DNA of 32,000 bases from Cylindrospermopsis raciborskii Cr2010 (GTDB lineage: Bacteria; Cyanobacteriota; Cyanobacteriia; Cyanobacteriales; Nostocaceae): NCBI RefSeq assembly GCF_003367075.2, contig NZ_CP065936.1, forward strand, positions 2,130,001-2,162,000. The letters are read 5' to 3'. Shown piece after piece: positions 17,626 to 26,373 of the stretch. Both the position numbers and the translations under genes were made by a program. The notes below the pieces were generated by a model. That model was not told the DNA's origin. It searched no databases and saw only the letters and a program-made list of their open reading frames with translations. Numbering within the stretch: position 1 is the stretch's first letter; each line of letters begins with the position of its first letter.

Positions 17626-19260
17626 TTATAACATTCGGACTAACGAATTATATACAAGTCCCAGCGATGCTAACACTAGCAGTAACGGCATAATCCAGTC
17701 ACCAAATCGCACATACAAGGTTTGGGTTTGAAGTGGATAAATAGTTTCTGCATGAGTTTCATAAACATTATATCCCGACTTCCATAAGGTTTTACCATGG
17801 GGATCCACAAAAGCTGAGTAACCTGTGTTGGTAGACCTAACTGCCCACCTATCTGTTTCAATTGCTCTCATTACATCCTGGGCATGGTGTTGATCCGCCA
17901 TTGCTGCTGTGTAATGAGCATCATTGGATGAACTTAAAATAAATTCTCCCCCATTCTTAGCTTGGTATCTAAATATTTCTGTAAAAGCAGATTCATAACA
18001 AATACCAACAATTGCTCTACCTAATGGAGTATCAAAAACTTGTTGTTTAGCGCCGTGTATTTGGTGTTCATCCAGAGGTGATAGTCTTTTAACTAAATTG
18101 CCAAAAATCTCGGCAAAAGGCACAAATTCACCCAGGGGAACTAGTTTAGATTTATCATATCTGCTGGTAATTTGTCCCTGACTATTGATATTAAATAAAC
18201 TATTGGTGTAGCTCGTTCCAGTTCTGCCAAAACCCCCTATCCAGACCACCACTCCTTTTTGTTTAACTGCATCCAACAGGGGTGTATTAGGCAAGTTCTT
18301 ATCGTATAATGGCAAAGCACCTTCAGGGGTTAATACTCCGTCTACTCCTTGATTTGCTAGGTTGATATAACCATTAGTATAACCTGTAATTGCTTTGGTA
18401 AATCCTTGGGGAAGCAATTTGATTTCATTGGGGATGTTACCTTGAATAATCCCTATTTTTAAACCCGAATTTTGACGATTATTCAGTGGTTGAGAATATG
18501 GCTGGAAATATAGGATTGATCCTAAAATATGGGAGACAATTAATAAAATAACTGCTGAAATAGAATATCTATTAATCAACCCTATCACTACTTTATTAAA
18601 CCTAGTGACTCCATTCCATTGTTTGCCTGTACTGATTAATTCTCTTTTTTTCTGATTTTGCCATATCCATGCTTCACCTATTAGTCCATTAACAGCTACA
18701 ATTACTGCTGTAATGGTATTAGGACCAGAAAGTTGCCCCAAATGCAAAAGTGCTAGATTGTACGGGGACTGTGTGTAAGATAAAGAACTCCACCATAGGG
18801 AACCTGTACTCCACCAACTTTCTAATCCGCACCACAAAGCTGTACCGATTAAAACTCGTAACCAGGGTTTTTGGCGATTTAACCTAACCATCAAAAATGC
18901 CCATAGTCCGACTAATAATGCTCCCCACAAGGTAATGAATGACCAACAAAAGATGGTAATTAATAAACTTGGCCACCAGGGAACATTTAACCAATTCATG
19001 GGGTGAATACCTGTAATCCATGATAAAGCTATTCCATGATAGGCGATCGCCCACCAGCAAGCTGAGGGGAGGGATTTTCGAGTATATTTTACCACGATTA
19101 CCCATAATGGAGCCAGGGCGATCCAGGCTAGAAACCAAGCATTGACAGGAGCAACGGTGACTCCCATCAAAATGCCACTACTTAAAGGTACTATATAGAA
19201 AAGTATAGGTTTTAACTTTTCTTGTATTTGTTTACTCGGACTCTTCACCATCTCCAGCAT
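17626..19260 (-). CDS. lnt: apolipoprotein N-acyltransferase
   Basis: 544-aa ORF. The N-terminal half is polytopic membrane. The C-terminal half is a CN-hydrolase domain with a Glu/Lys/Cys triad context (LTPEGALP, YDKSKLVPLGE, VGICYESAF). Its first 225 nt lie inside the left copy of the 328-bp repeat. Confidence 0.85.
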   Translation of the reverse strand: MLEMVKSPSKQIQEKLKPILFYIVPLSSGILMGVTVAPVNAWFLAWIALAPLWVIVVKYTRKSLPSACWWAIAYHGIALSWITGIHPMNWLNVPWWPSLLITIFCWSFITLWGALLVGLWAFLMVRLNRQKPWLRVLIGTALWCGLESWWSTGSLWWSSLSYTQSPYNLALLHLGQLSGPNTITAVIVAVNGLIGEAWIWQNQKKRELISTGKQWNGVTRFNKVVIGLINRYSISAVILLIVSHILGSILYFQPYSQPLNNRQNSGLKIGIIQGNIPNEIKLLPQGFTKAITGYTNGYINLANQGVDGVLTPEGALPLYDKNLPNTPLLDAVKQKGVVVWIGGFGRTGTSYTNSLFNINSQGQITSRYDKSKLVPLGEFVPFAEIFGNLVKRLSPLDEHQIHGAKQQVFDTPLGRAIVGICYESAFTEIFRYQAKNGGEFILSSSNDAHYTAAMADQHHAQDVMRAIETDRWAVRSTNTGYSAFVDPHGKTLWKSGYNVYETHAETIYPLQTQTLYVRFGDWIMPLLLVLASLGLVYNSLVRML

Positions 19261-19363
19261 CGGGGGGAACCACTGCTACTCCAGTAATTGCGTCATCTTC
19301 ATCTAGTTTTTGCACTCTCACACCCGTAGCTGTGCGGGACTGGATGGAAACGCATTGATTGAC
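19036..19363. repeat. left copy of long direct repeat (duplicated gyrA-3'/lnt-5' junction)
   Basis: Base-by-base comparison with 21409-21737 (offset 2373) shows identity except G/A at 19156/21529 and CG versus TGG at 19351-19352/21724-21726. Confidence 0.95.
19261..19363 (-). pseudogene. gyrA 3'-terminal fragment (duplicate, non-functional)
   Basis: It encodes ...[38 protein letters not shown], identical to the end of gyrA. It has no upstream gyrA body and a 1-nt deletion near its upstream (5') end, next to the cassette junction. Confidence 0.9.
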
Positions 19364-19370
19364 CTACAAG

Positions 19371-20606
19371 TTATTTTAGGACATCCTCAGTCTCCATATT
19401 GAACTCAATGTGACTTTGTAAAACTATTTCCTCAATCACTAAATTTCCTTTGTCTTGTTGCAAGACCAAATTAAATCGACGTATTAGTTCCGGAATATTT
19501 ATAACTTCTTCTATGGATTCCATATATCTCTTGACAATAGCTTTAACACTATATTTTGCGACGGCTTGCTGCTGAATCTTATATAAGATTTCCTTTGATG
19601 TTTGTTCAGTTTTAACAACAAATGTTATGGGGTATCTTTGTACTTTATCAATGTCTAAAAAGTACTTTCCAACATCAACAGTTTCTGTTATTTGAAAAAA
19701 TCTTCCAAGAGGTTTCATTACAAAATCTATACCTCCATCATTTGCATTTGTGCGACCTGTTTTATACAAAATTAGGTATTCAGCATTTATATTATCATAT
19801 GACCATCCCCAGTAAATTTTTTGATCACCATAGTATTGCTTTAAAATCGCATAACTGACAATTTCAAAAATTCTTGCATCGATATTTGGCTTCAATAAGC
19901 TTTGGATGAATTCCAAATATTCAGCTTGGGTTTGAAGTTGCATATTGATCATTCGTTTACAATACATAATGAAGTCAGTAAATGAATTTACCCGTGCATG
20001 TACATAAGCATCAATTATATCTTTTACGGACTGAGCAATATTTATCTGATTCCCATTAACTAAAATTTTAATAAGATTTTCGTTAATCCAATATCTGCTG
20101 GTTTTAGTATCCCTTATTATAGGCACATAGGGTATTGTCGGAAAGTATTTCTTGAATTCTTGATTCAGGCGATGATTTAAAGCGTGATTTTGAAGTTTAT
20201 TACCAAATGGTAGTTCTCTTTGTCTGCGAAAAAGGTTCACAAACTGGGCACCTTGATAATCTTCATACCCCCCATTAATATGAAATTTATGATTGAGATA
20301 GTCTTCGACTAAAACATAAACTGCATAATGATTTGCCAATCCTGCTCGCGATTTTGAACCTCGATTAGCAGCTTGTGTTTTAATGTTTAGATATTGTAAT
20401 AACTCACTAGAACTCAAAACTATAATCCCCTGATCTGGAAAGTGGTAGTTCAGAATTTCAACAATTTTTTCGGTGAATTCATGCTGTCGTGTCAGCATCA
20501 AAGAGACCTCTCTGGATAACATTTGTTTTGTGTCTTTTTTGATTCTTACTAACATAATTCTTCGATGGGGGTAATAGTTTTTCTCCCTTATATTCTTTCC
20601 ATCCAA
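19371..20606 (-). CDS. putative restriction endonuclease / unknown partner of the methyltransferase
   Basis: Longest ORF is 411 aa. The likely real start is one of the internal Met codons at 20555, 20522 or 20498, which gives 375-394 aa and still overlaps the MTase 3' end by at least 20 nt. I recognise no family. There is a weak PD-(D/E)xK-like pattern (FEIV ... NDGGIDFV ... FFQITE). Confidence 0.5.
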   Translation of the reverse strand: MDGKNIREKNYYPHRRIMLVRIKKDTKQMLSREVSLMLTRQHEFTEKIVEILNYHFPDQGIIVLSSSELLQYLNIKTQAANRGSKSRAGLANHYAVYVLVEDYLNHKFHINGGYEDYQGAQFVNLFRRQRELPFGNKLQNHALNHRLNQEFKKYFPTIPYVPIIRDTKTSRYWINENLIKILVNGNQINIAQSVKDIIDAYVHARVNSFTDFIMYCKRMINMQLQTQAEYLEFIQSLLKPNIDARIFEIVSYAILKQYYGDQKIYWGWSYDNINAEYLILYKTGRTNANDGGIDFVMKPLGRFFQITETVDVGKYFLDIDKVQRYPITFVVKTEQTSKEILYKIQQQAVAKYSVKAIVKRYMESIEEVINIPELIRRFNLVLQQDKGNLVIEEIVLQSHIEFNMETEDVLK

Positions 20607-21372
20607 GAATTCTCCTTAACCCAATCTTAAGATATTCTTCCTGAGATTCTATACTAATGGAATTTCTTCCTAACCTTTTGGCTACACAAGCAGAAGTGAA
20701 AGTTCCCGCAAATGGGTCAAGAACAATATTGGACGCATCACTACTGGCAAGAATAATCCTTTCTAACAAAGACTCAGGTTTTTGTGATGGATGATTTTCG
20801 TATTCTTCCATCCGATATCTCACTCGGGGAAAATACCATACATTGCCTGGCACTTTCTCACTATTATATTGTCTAGGAACGGTTTTTCTATAGTCAATTA
20901 ATTTTCGTTTTGCACCAGTTTTCGCCTCTATCTTAATATCATCTGAATTGAAAATATAATTACCTTTATCCTTAACACAATAAAGGATTGGCTCATACAT
21001 TGAGCCAAAGTATTTTGTTGCTTGAACTCCGGAACTGTCGTAATGCCATACTATCCTACTGAGAATGGTCATAGTTTTTCTCAGGTAAAGATCAAAATAT
21101 GGCATGGCCTGAGTGCTTGCCATAACATACATACTTCCATTAGGTTTTAATACACGTATACACTCTTTAAGTATATTGTACACCCATGTCGCATATTTAT
21201 CTTCAGATTCCCACTTGTCATAAAAATTTGAAAAACGTTTTCCTATATTATAGGGGGGATCAACAAAAATAAGGTCCACAGACTGAGAAGCAACCTGATT
21301 CGACAACGTGCTTAAAGCATCACCATGAAATAAAATGTGACCACCATGCTCGTAACGTTCAATGTTCATCAT
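20479..21372 (-). CDS. beta-class DNA methyltransferase, probably N6-adenine (N4-cytosine not excluded)
   Basis: 297-aa ORF. Motif IV (DPPYN, in VDLIFVDPPYNIG) lies near the N-terminus and the SAM-binding motif I (VLDPFAGTFTS) near the C-terminus, which is the beta-class circular permutation. Confidence 0.9.
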   Translation of the reverse strand: MMNIERYEHGGHILFHGDALSTLSNQVASQSVDLIFVDPPYNIGKRFSNFYDKWESEDKYATWVYNILKECIRVLKPNGSMYVMASTQAMPYFDLYLRKTMTILSRIVWHYDSSGVQATKYFGSMYEPILYCVKDKGNYIFNSDDIKIEAKTGAKRKLIDYRKTVPRQYNSEKVPGNVWYFPRVRYRMEEYENHPSQKPESLLERIILASSDASNIVLDPFAGTFTSACVAKRLGRNSISIESQEEYLKIGLRRILGWKEYKGEKLLPPSKNYVSKNQKRHKTNVIQRGLFDADTTA

Positions 21373-21402
21373 GTCAATAATATTCTTTCTTGCTGAACTA
21401 CT

Positions 21403-21633
21403 TCACTGATGATAGGCGATCGCCCACCAGCAAGCTGAGGGGAGGGATTTTCGAGTATATTTTACCACGATTACCCATAATGGAGCCAGGGCGATCCAGG
21501 CTAGAAACCAAGCATTGACAGGAGCAACAGTGACTCCCATCAAAATGCCACTACTTAAAGGTACTATATAGAAAAGTATAGGTTTTAACTTTTCTTGTAT
21601 TTGTTTACTCGGACTCTTCACCATCTCCAGCAT
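21403..21633 (-). pseudogene. lnt 5' fragment (75 native codons + Gln + stop)
   Basis: The 76-aa ORF is identical over 75 residues to the N-terminus of the full lnt at 17626-19260. It terminates just past the repeat boundary. Confidence 0.9.
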
Positions 21634-21737
21634 CGGGGGGAACCACTGCTACTCCAGTAATTGCGTCATCTTCATCTAGTTTTTGCACTCTCACACCCGT
21701 AGCTGTGCGGGACTGGATGGAAATGGCATTGATTGAC
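21409..21737. repeat. right copy of long direct repeat (native gyrA end + lnt start)
   Basis: See the left copy. This copy supplies the functional 3' end and stop codon of gyrA. Confidence 0.95.
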
Positions 21738-24208
21738 TGACGGATGATTATACCACGATTAGTAGCCATCATGATTTCTTCATCAGGGTTAACTATACGC
21801 AAAGTTGCTAGTTGGTCTTTGGTTTTGCGGTTTTTGAATTTCGTCGCTGTAAGTCCCTGACCTGCTCGGTTCTGAAGTCTAAATTGTCCCACTGGCACTC
21901 GCTTACCATAACCTCCTATAGTGATAATTAGTACCCATGGACCTGAGATATTAGCTGGCTCACCAGTAGCTATCTCAATATTAGAGGTTTCTTCAATATT
22001 TTCGCTGAGTTCCTCAACTTCCGTGAGTTCTTCTTCCATTTCTGTATCTGTATTCAAGGTGTTAAGAATTGCAGCAGGCAATATGTCCATACCAATCAAT
22101 TCATCTCCCGTTTTCAGTTTCATGGACTTAACTCCACGGGTAGCCCTACCTAGGGGACGCATTTGATCATTATCACAGCGGAAGTGAATGGCCATTCCCT
22201 GTCTTGAACCAATCATGACACTATCTTCCGGTTTAGCTCGTCTTACCCATCGTAGTTGATCTCCCTCTTCTAGGGATATAGCTATTAATCCATTAGCGCG
22301 AATATGGCTGAATGCTTCCAAGGCGGTTTTTTTGATGTTACCCCCCTTAGTCAGCATAACTAAATATTCTTCACTGCTAAATTCGCTTACAGATACAATT
22401 GAGGTAATTTTCTCTTCCTTGGGTATGGGTAACATCTGAACAATGGGTGTACCCCTGCTAGTGCGTGAACCCTCTGGTACTTGATAGGCTTTAAGACTAT
22501 ACACCACACCCCTATCACTAAAAAATAAAACACTGTCATGATCACAGCAAGTTAGGAAATGCTCAATAGTATCATCATCCTTAACTTTAGCTCCTGCTTT
22601 ACCTCTGGTAGCTCGATTTTGCGCTTCAAAGGTGCTGACTGGCATCCGCTTGATGTAGCCTTGCTGCGTCAGCAGAATTAAAACCTTTTCATTGGCGATT
22701 AAATCAATATCATCTATTTCCCCTTCTGCATGGGTAATAGTTGTGCGTCTTGGTGTGGCAAACTGGGTCTTAATTTGCCCAGCTTCAGTCTCGATAATTT
22801 CTAGTACCCTTTCCCGTCTGTCTAAAATATCCCGTAGGTCAGTAATTTGCAACTGCAATTCTTCGTGTTCCAAGCGAATTTTATCTGCTTCTAAAGCTGT
22901 TAATCTTCGTAACTGCATCTGTAGTATCGCATCTGCTTGAACCTCTGATAGACCATAGCTATTAATTAATTCTCCTTTGGCAGTGGGGGCATCTGGAGCA
23001 CTTCTAATTAGATTAATAATTGAATCTAAATGAGCAAGCGCAATTAATAAACCCTGTAATAAATGGTCTCTTTCCTCAGCCTTTCTGAGTTGGTAACGAG
23101 TACGTCTATTAATTGTTTCTATGCGAAAATCCAGAAAGACCGTGAGAAAATTCTTGAGAGTTAGTATTTGAGGTTCTCCATTTACCAAAGCCAACATATT
23201 GGCACCAAAATTGGTTTGTAACGGAGTTTGTTTATAAAGGTTATTTAATACTACACGAGGATAGGAATCGCGTTTTAGTTCAATAACAATGCGCATACCA
23301 TCGCGATCGCTCTCATCTCGAATGTCCGCAATTCCGTCAATTTTCTTATCATTAACCAACTCAGCGATTTTTTCAATTAATGCTGCTTTATTAGTTTGGT
23401 ACGGTAATTCAGTAATAATGATTGCTTCTCTTTCCGGTCGGTTACGTTGCTGAATGGTTTCAATTGTAGCCACACCCCGCATGGTAATTGATCCTCTACC
23501 GGTGGTGTAAGCCTCCTTAATGGCTGATGTTCCTAGAATTTGCGCCCCTGTGGGAAAATCGGGACCGTGAACATACTGCATTAACTGAGTATCTGTTATT
23601 TCCGGATTATGAATCAGTGCTACCAATCCATCTATCAGTTCTCCCAAATTATGGGGAGGAATATTAGTCGCCATTCCCACAGCAATTCCCGAGGAACCAT
23701 TGAGTAGTAACTGGGGAATTCGGGAAGGTAAAACCGTTGGTTCTTGTTGGGAACCATCGAAGTTATCAATAAAATCAACAGTTTCCGACTCAATATCTTG
23801 TAACAGAGAGGAACTGGTTAAAGCTTGAAGACGACATTCCGTATATCGCATCGCTGCTGGTGGATCATTGTCAATCGATCCAAAGTTCCCATGACCATTA
23901 ATCAGAGGCGATCGCATGGAAAAATCTTGTGCCATTCGCACCAGAGCATCATATACAGCGGTGTCACCATGGGGGTGATATTTACCCAGTACTTCCCCCA
24001 CCACACGAGCGCATTTTCTGAAGGGGCGATCATGTAATAAACCTAGTTCGTGCATAGCATAGAGGATGCGGCGGTGTACAGGTTTAAGACCATCCCTAGC
24101 ATCTGGTAGCGCCCGACCGACAATGACGCTCATAGCGTATTCTAGGTAAGATTGTGACATCTCTTGTCGTAAATCGGTCGGGATAATCCTCTCCTGTGAG
24201 GTTGTCAT
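21605..24208 (-). CDS. gyrA: DNA gyrase subunit A
   Basis: 867-aa ORF with [17 protein letters not shown], the active-site AAMRYTE, C-terminal beta-pinwheel repeats and an acidic tail. Confidence 0.95.
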   Translation of the reverse strand: MTTSQERIIPTDLRQEMSQSYLEYAMSVIVGRALPDARDGLKPVHRRILYAMHELGLLHDRPFRKCARVVGEVLGKYHPHGDTAVYDALVRMAQDFSMRSPLINGHGNFGSIDNDPPAAMRYTECRLQALTSSSLLQDIESETVDFIDNFDGSQQEPTVLPSRIPQLLLNGSSGIAVGMATNIPPHNLGELIDGLVALIHNPEITDTQLMQYVHGPDFPTGAQILGTSAIKEAYTTGRGSITMRGVATIETIQQRNRPEREAIIITELPYQTNKAALIEKIAELVNDKKIDGIADIRDESDRDGMRIVIELKRDSYPRVVLNNLYKQTPLQTNFGANMLALVNGEPQILTLKNFLTVFLDFRIETINRRTRYQLRKAEERDHLLQGLLIALAHLDSIINLIRSAPDAPTAKGELINSYGLSEVQADAILQMQLRRLTALEADKIRLEHEELQLQITDLRDILDRRERVLEIIETEAGQIKTQFATPRRTTITHAEGEIDDIDLIANEKVLILLTQQGYIKRMPVSTFEAQNRATRGKAGAKVKDDDTIEHFLTCCDHDSVLFFSDRGVVYSLKAYQVPEGSRTSRGTPIVQMLPIPKEEKITSIVSVSEFSSEEYLVMLTKGGNIKKTALEAFSHIRANGLIAISLEEGDQLRWVRRAKPEDSVMIGSRQGMAIHFRCDNDQMRPLGRATRGVKSMKLKTGDELIGMDILPAAILNTLNTDTEMEEELTEVEELSENIEETSNIEIATGEPANISGPWVLIITIGGYGKRVPVGQFRLQNRAGQGLTATKFKNRKTKDQLATLRIVNPDEEIMMATNRGIIIRQSINAISIQSRTATGVRVQKLDEDDAITGVAVVPPDAGDGEESE

Positions 24209-24705
24209 AGACTTTAAAACTCCAAAAATCCTAGATTTTAACCTGGTTAGTTGACAAAATGCAAAATTACTTCCAACTAATTTTGAAAAGTTGTCATGTT
24301 TCAGCTATAATTCTAACACATTGTTGCTAAAACTTGTGGTCAAAATGGCTCAACCCAGATATTATATCACTAAACATCATCAAAGGGTAATAATAAACGA
24401 TAGGGAATAGTTAAGAGCGAACATGGCATAAGAATAGGTGTAGCCCATGGGTCGGAAAAACCCTATATTTACTTTTCGTTAATTTTAACCGTATAATTTC
24501 GGAATGTAGAGTTTATTAAGAGTTTATAATTAGAATGTTGTTCTATAGGAAATTGAGTTTTAATGCCAGGAAAAGTCCCAGTTAAACAAACAGTTCTCCT
24601 GGCTAGTATAGAGTTGGGAGGGTGAATACACTACATTTCACCAAAAAACATGCTATGTAAGTTAATCTTAAATGATAGAACCTGAGTATTTTTCTTTCCC
24701 CATCC

Positions 24706-25614
24706 ATGTTACCAGTCATCTATTCTCCGGAATTTTTAGACCATCAAACTGGGAGCTATCACCCAGAAAGACCAGAAAGGTTAACAGCAATTGTCCAGTC
24801 TTTGAAAACGGCAGAATTTGCTCAGAAAATCCGGTGGTTATCTCCCACCCCGGTTAATCCCCAGTTAATGTCTTGGATAGAAATGGCCCATAGTCCGAAT
24901 TATATTCATAAACTGGCACAGATAGCTGGTCGAGGAGGCTATTTGGATGGAGATACTCCCATCTCTCCCCGTAGTTATGATATAGCTTTATTAGCCGTCA
25001 GTGCCTGGTTAGATGGGATAAATCAGGTATTGATTGAGAAAAATCCCGCTTTTGTGTTGGCACGTCCACCTGGACACCACGCCGAAAGTAGTATGGGTAT
25101 GGGATTCTGTTTATTGTCTAATGCTGCTATTTCTGCCCTATATGCTTTAAAACAACCAGGAATTAATCGAGTTGCCATTTTAGACTGGGATGTACATCAT
25201 GGCAATGGTACCCAATCCATAGTGGAGGGCTATCGAGAAATTGCCTATTGTTCCCTACATCAGTATCCTGCTTATCCAGGAACAGGGAAAGCTACGGAAA
25301 CTGGCTTCCATCAAAATGTTTTAAATTTACCCTTGGCACCCGGTAGTGATATTAATGATTATCAACCCCTATGGAAATCTCAAATCCTACCGTTTTTAAA
25401 AAGTTTTAACCCCGATATATTAATTATTAGTGCTGGTTATGACGCAGTAGAAAATGATCCCCTGGCCAGTATCCGGTTGCAACCGGAAGATTTTGGCTTA
25501 TTTACTCAGTATTGCCTAAGCGTTACCCGAAAAATTCTCTTTGGTTTAGAAGGTGGTTATGATTTGGAATCCTTGTCTAAATCAGTTAATGCTACCATTG
25601 CTGCTTGTCTATGA
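24706..25614 (+). CDS. histone deacetylase family protein (AcuC/acetylpolyamine amidohydrolase-like)
   Basis: 302-aa ORF with RPPGHHAE, DWDVHHGNGTQ and SAGYDA motifs of the class I/II Zn-dependent deacetylase fold. Confidence 0.85.
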   Translation: MLPVIYSPEFLDHQTGSYHPERPERLTAIVQSLKTAEFAQKIRWLSPTPVNPQLMSWIEMAHSPNYIHKLAQIAGRGGYLDGDTPISPRSYDIALLAVSAWLDGINQVLIEKNPAFVLARPPGHHAESSMGMGFCLLSNAAISALYALKQPGINRVAILDWDVHHGNGTQSIVEGYREIAYCSLHQYPAYPGTGKATETGFHQNVLNLPLAPGSDINDYQPLWKSQILPFLKSFNPDILIISAGYDAVENDPLASIRLQPEDFGLFTQYCLSVTRKILFGLEGGYDLESLSKSVNATIAACL

Positions 25615-25849
25615 TTTACTATATCGATTGTAATTCTAATAGATGGATATAAATGTAGTCCATGACTTCAAAAATGGGGAACTTTTGGCAAAAAAGATAA
25701 ATTTCTTCACAAAAGAGGTAATTAGCTAAAGTTTTGTTAAGATATGATTACTGGGAAACTTAATTAGCAAAATCTGGCTACCAGAGTGTGAATCCGTAAA
25801 TAGCACTACATGGCAAAAGTAATCCCATAATGTTTCTGAAGGTTAACCC

Positions 25850-26017
25850 ATGACCACCTATATTTTCTTCGACAGGGCCCTATATATGTTAACTAATGCC
25901 TATTTACTTTCGGTAATTGCTTTAATTCTGCTTTCTAGTATAGGTTTGGCACTGATTGAAACCATCGAGAAAACAGCAGAACATTACAGCAGTTTTCATG
26001 TAAATAAACCACAATGA
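25850..26017 (+). CDS. small hydrophobic ORF whose 3' end now runs into the IS630 terminal repeat
   Basis: My own translation gives MTTYIFFDRALYMLTNAYLLSVIALILLSSIGLALIETIEKTAEH + YSSFHVNKPQ, with one predicted TM-like stretch. It is below the 60-aa cut-off of the track. Coding status is unproven. Confidence 0.3.
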   Translation: MTTYIFFDRALYMLTNAYLLSVIALILLSSIGLALIETIEKTAEHYSSFHVNKPQ

Positions 26018-26373
26018 TTGAACCAATTAAGCGCATCCTCTGCTGTAATATAATTTACTGCACTTGTCATGGCCTCATTTAGGGCTTCTAATGTTCGTGC
26101 CTCCCGACTACGGAGAAATTGCTTTAATTTTGACCAACACAATTCTATCGGAGATAAGTCTGGAGAATAGGGGGGTAAAAACTTAACTTTTGCACCGACT
26201 GATTCAATTGACAATCTCACGCGCTCGGCATAATGAACCTTTAAATTATCCATAACAACAATAGCCCCTTTCCATAATTGAGGTACTAAAACCTGATTTA
26301 CATAAGTGAGAAATACTTCTGTATTTGTGCTTCCCTCTACAGTCATTGCTGCCAGAATTCCATCCATATTTAA
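25996..26373 (-). pseudogene. IS630-family transposase, C-terminal fragment
   Basis: The fragment ...LNMDGILAAMTVEGSTN...VVMDNLKVH...PYSPDLSPIELCWSKLK carries the second Asp and the Glu of the DDE triad. It is in frame with the upstream fragment across the ATTTAA duplication. Confidence 0.85.

Larger units (their letters stand above)
19364..21408 (-). mobile_element. two-gene methyltransferase + putative nuclease cassette inserted with long target duplication
   Basis: This is unique 2045-bp DNA between the two repeat copies. It is visibly more AT-rich than the flanks and contains no HIP1 octamer. Only 7 nt and 36 nt of non-coding DNA separate the genes from the repeat edges. No recombinase gene or terminal inverted repeats were found. 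Confidence 0.7.

Noticed and set aside
20479-20606. 128-nt overlap between the methyltransferase and the downstream ORF as given by the ORF track
   Set aside because: It is probably an artefact of taking the longest ORF. Internal Met codons at 20555, 20522 and 20498 are more plausible starts. A shorter overlap of at least 20 nt is unavoidable and is retained in the annotation.
19036-21737. Possibility that the 328-bp duplication is an assembly artefact
   Set aside because: I have not fully excluded it, but several points argue against it. The copies differ at specific positions. Each junction to unique DNA is clean. Both host genes are kept intact in a way a mis-join would not be expected to produce. 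It is kept as the main refutation test for the finding.
21946-22065. Acidic low-complexity insert ([26 protein letters not shown]...) in the GyrA C-terminal domain, considered as a possible inserted element or intein
   Set aside because: It has no intein splicing motifs and no repeats or frame disruption at its edges. Lineage-specific acidic loops in GyrA CTDs are plausible, and I cannot evaluate novelty without alignments.
21921-24037. Plus-strand ORFs inside gyrA (21921-22166, 22692-22940, 23825-24037). Similar shadows occur in ubiD, lnt, bioF and OYE: 12972-13259, 13659-14036, 14205-14516, 17676-17861, 18884-19138, 1976-2179 and 16364-16546.
   Set aside because: They are embedded antisense or alternate frames of strongly supported genes, and their Ser/Ile/Cys-rich translations have no motifs.
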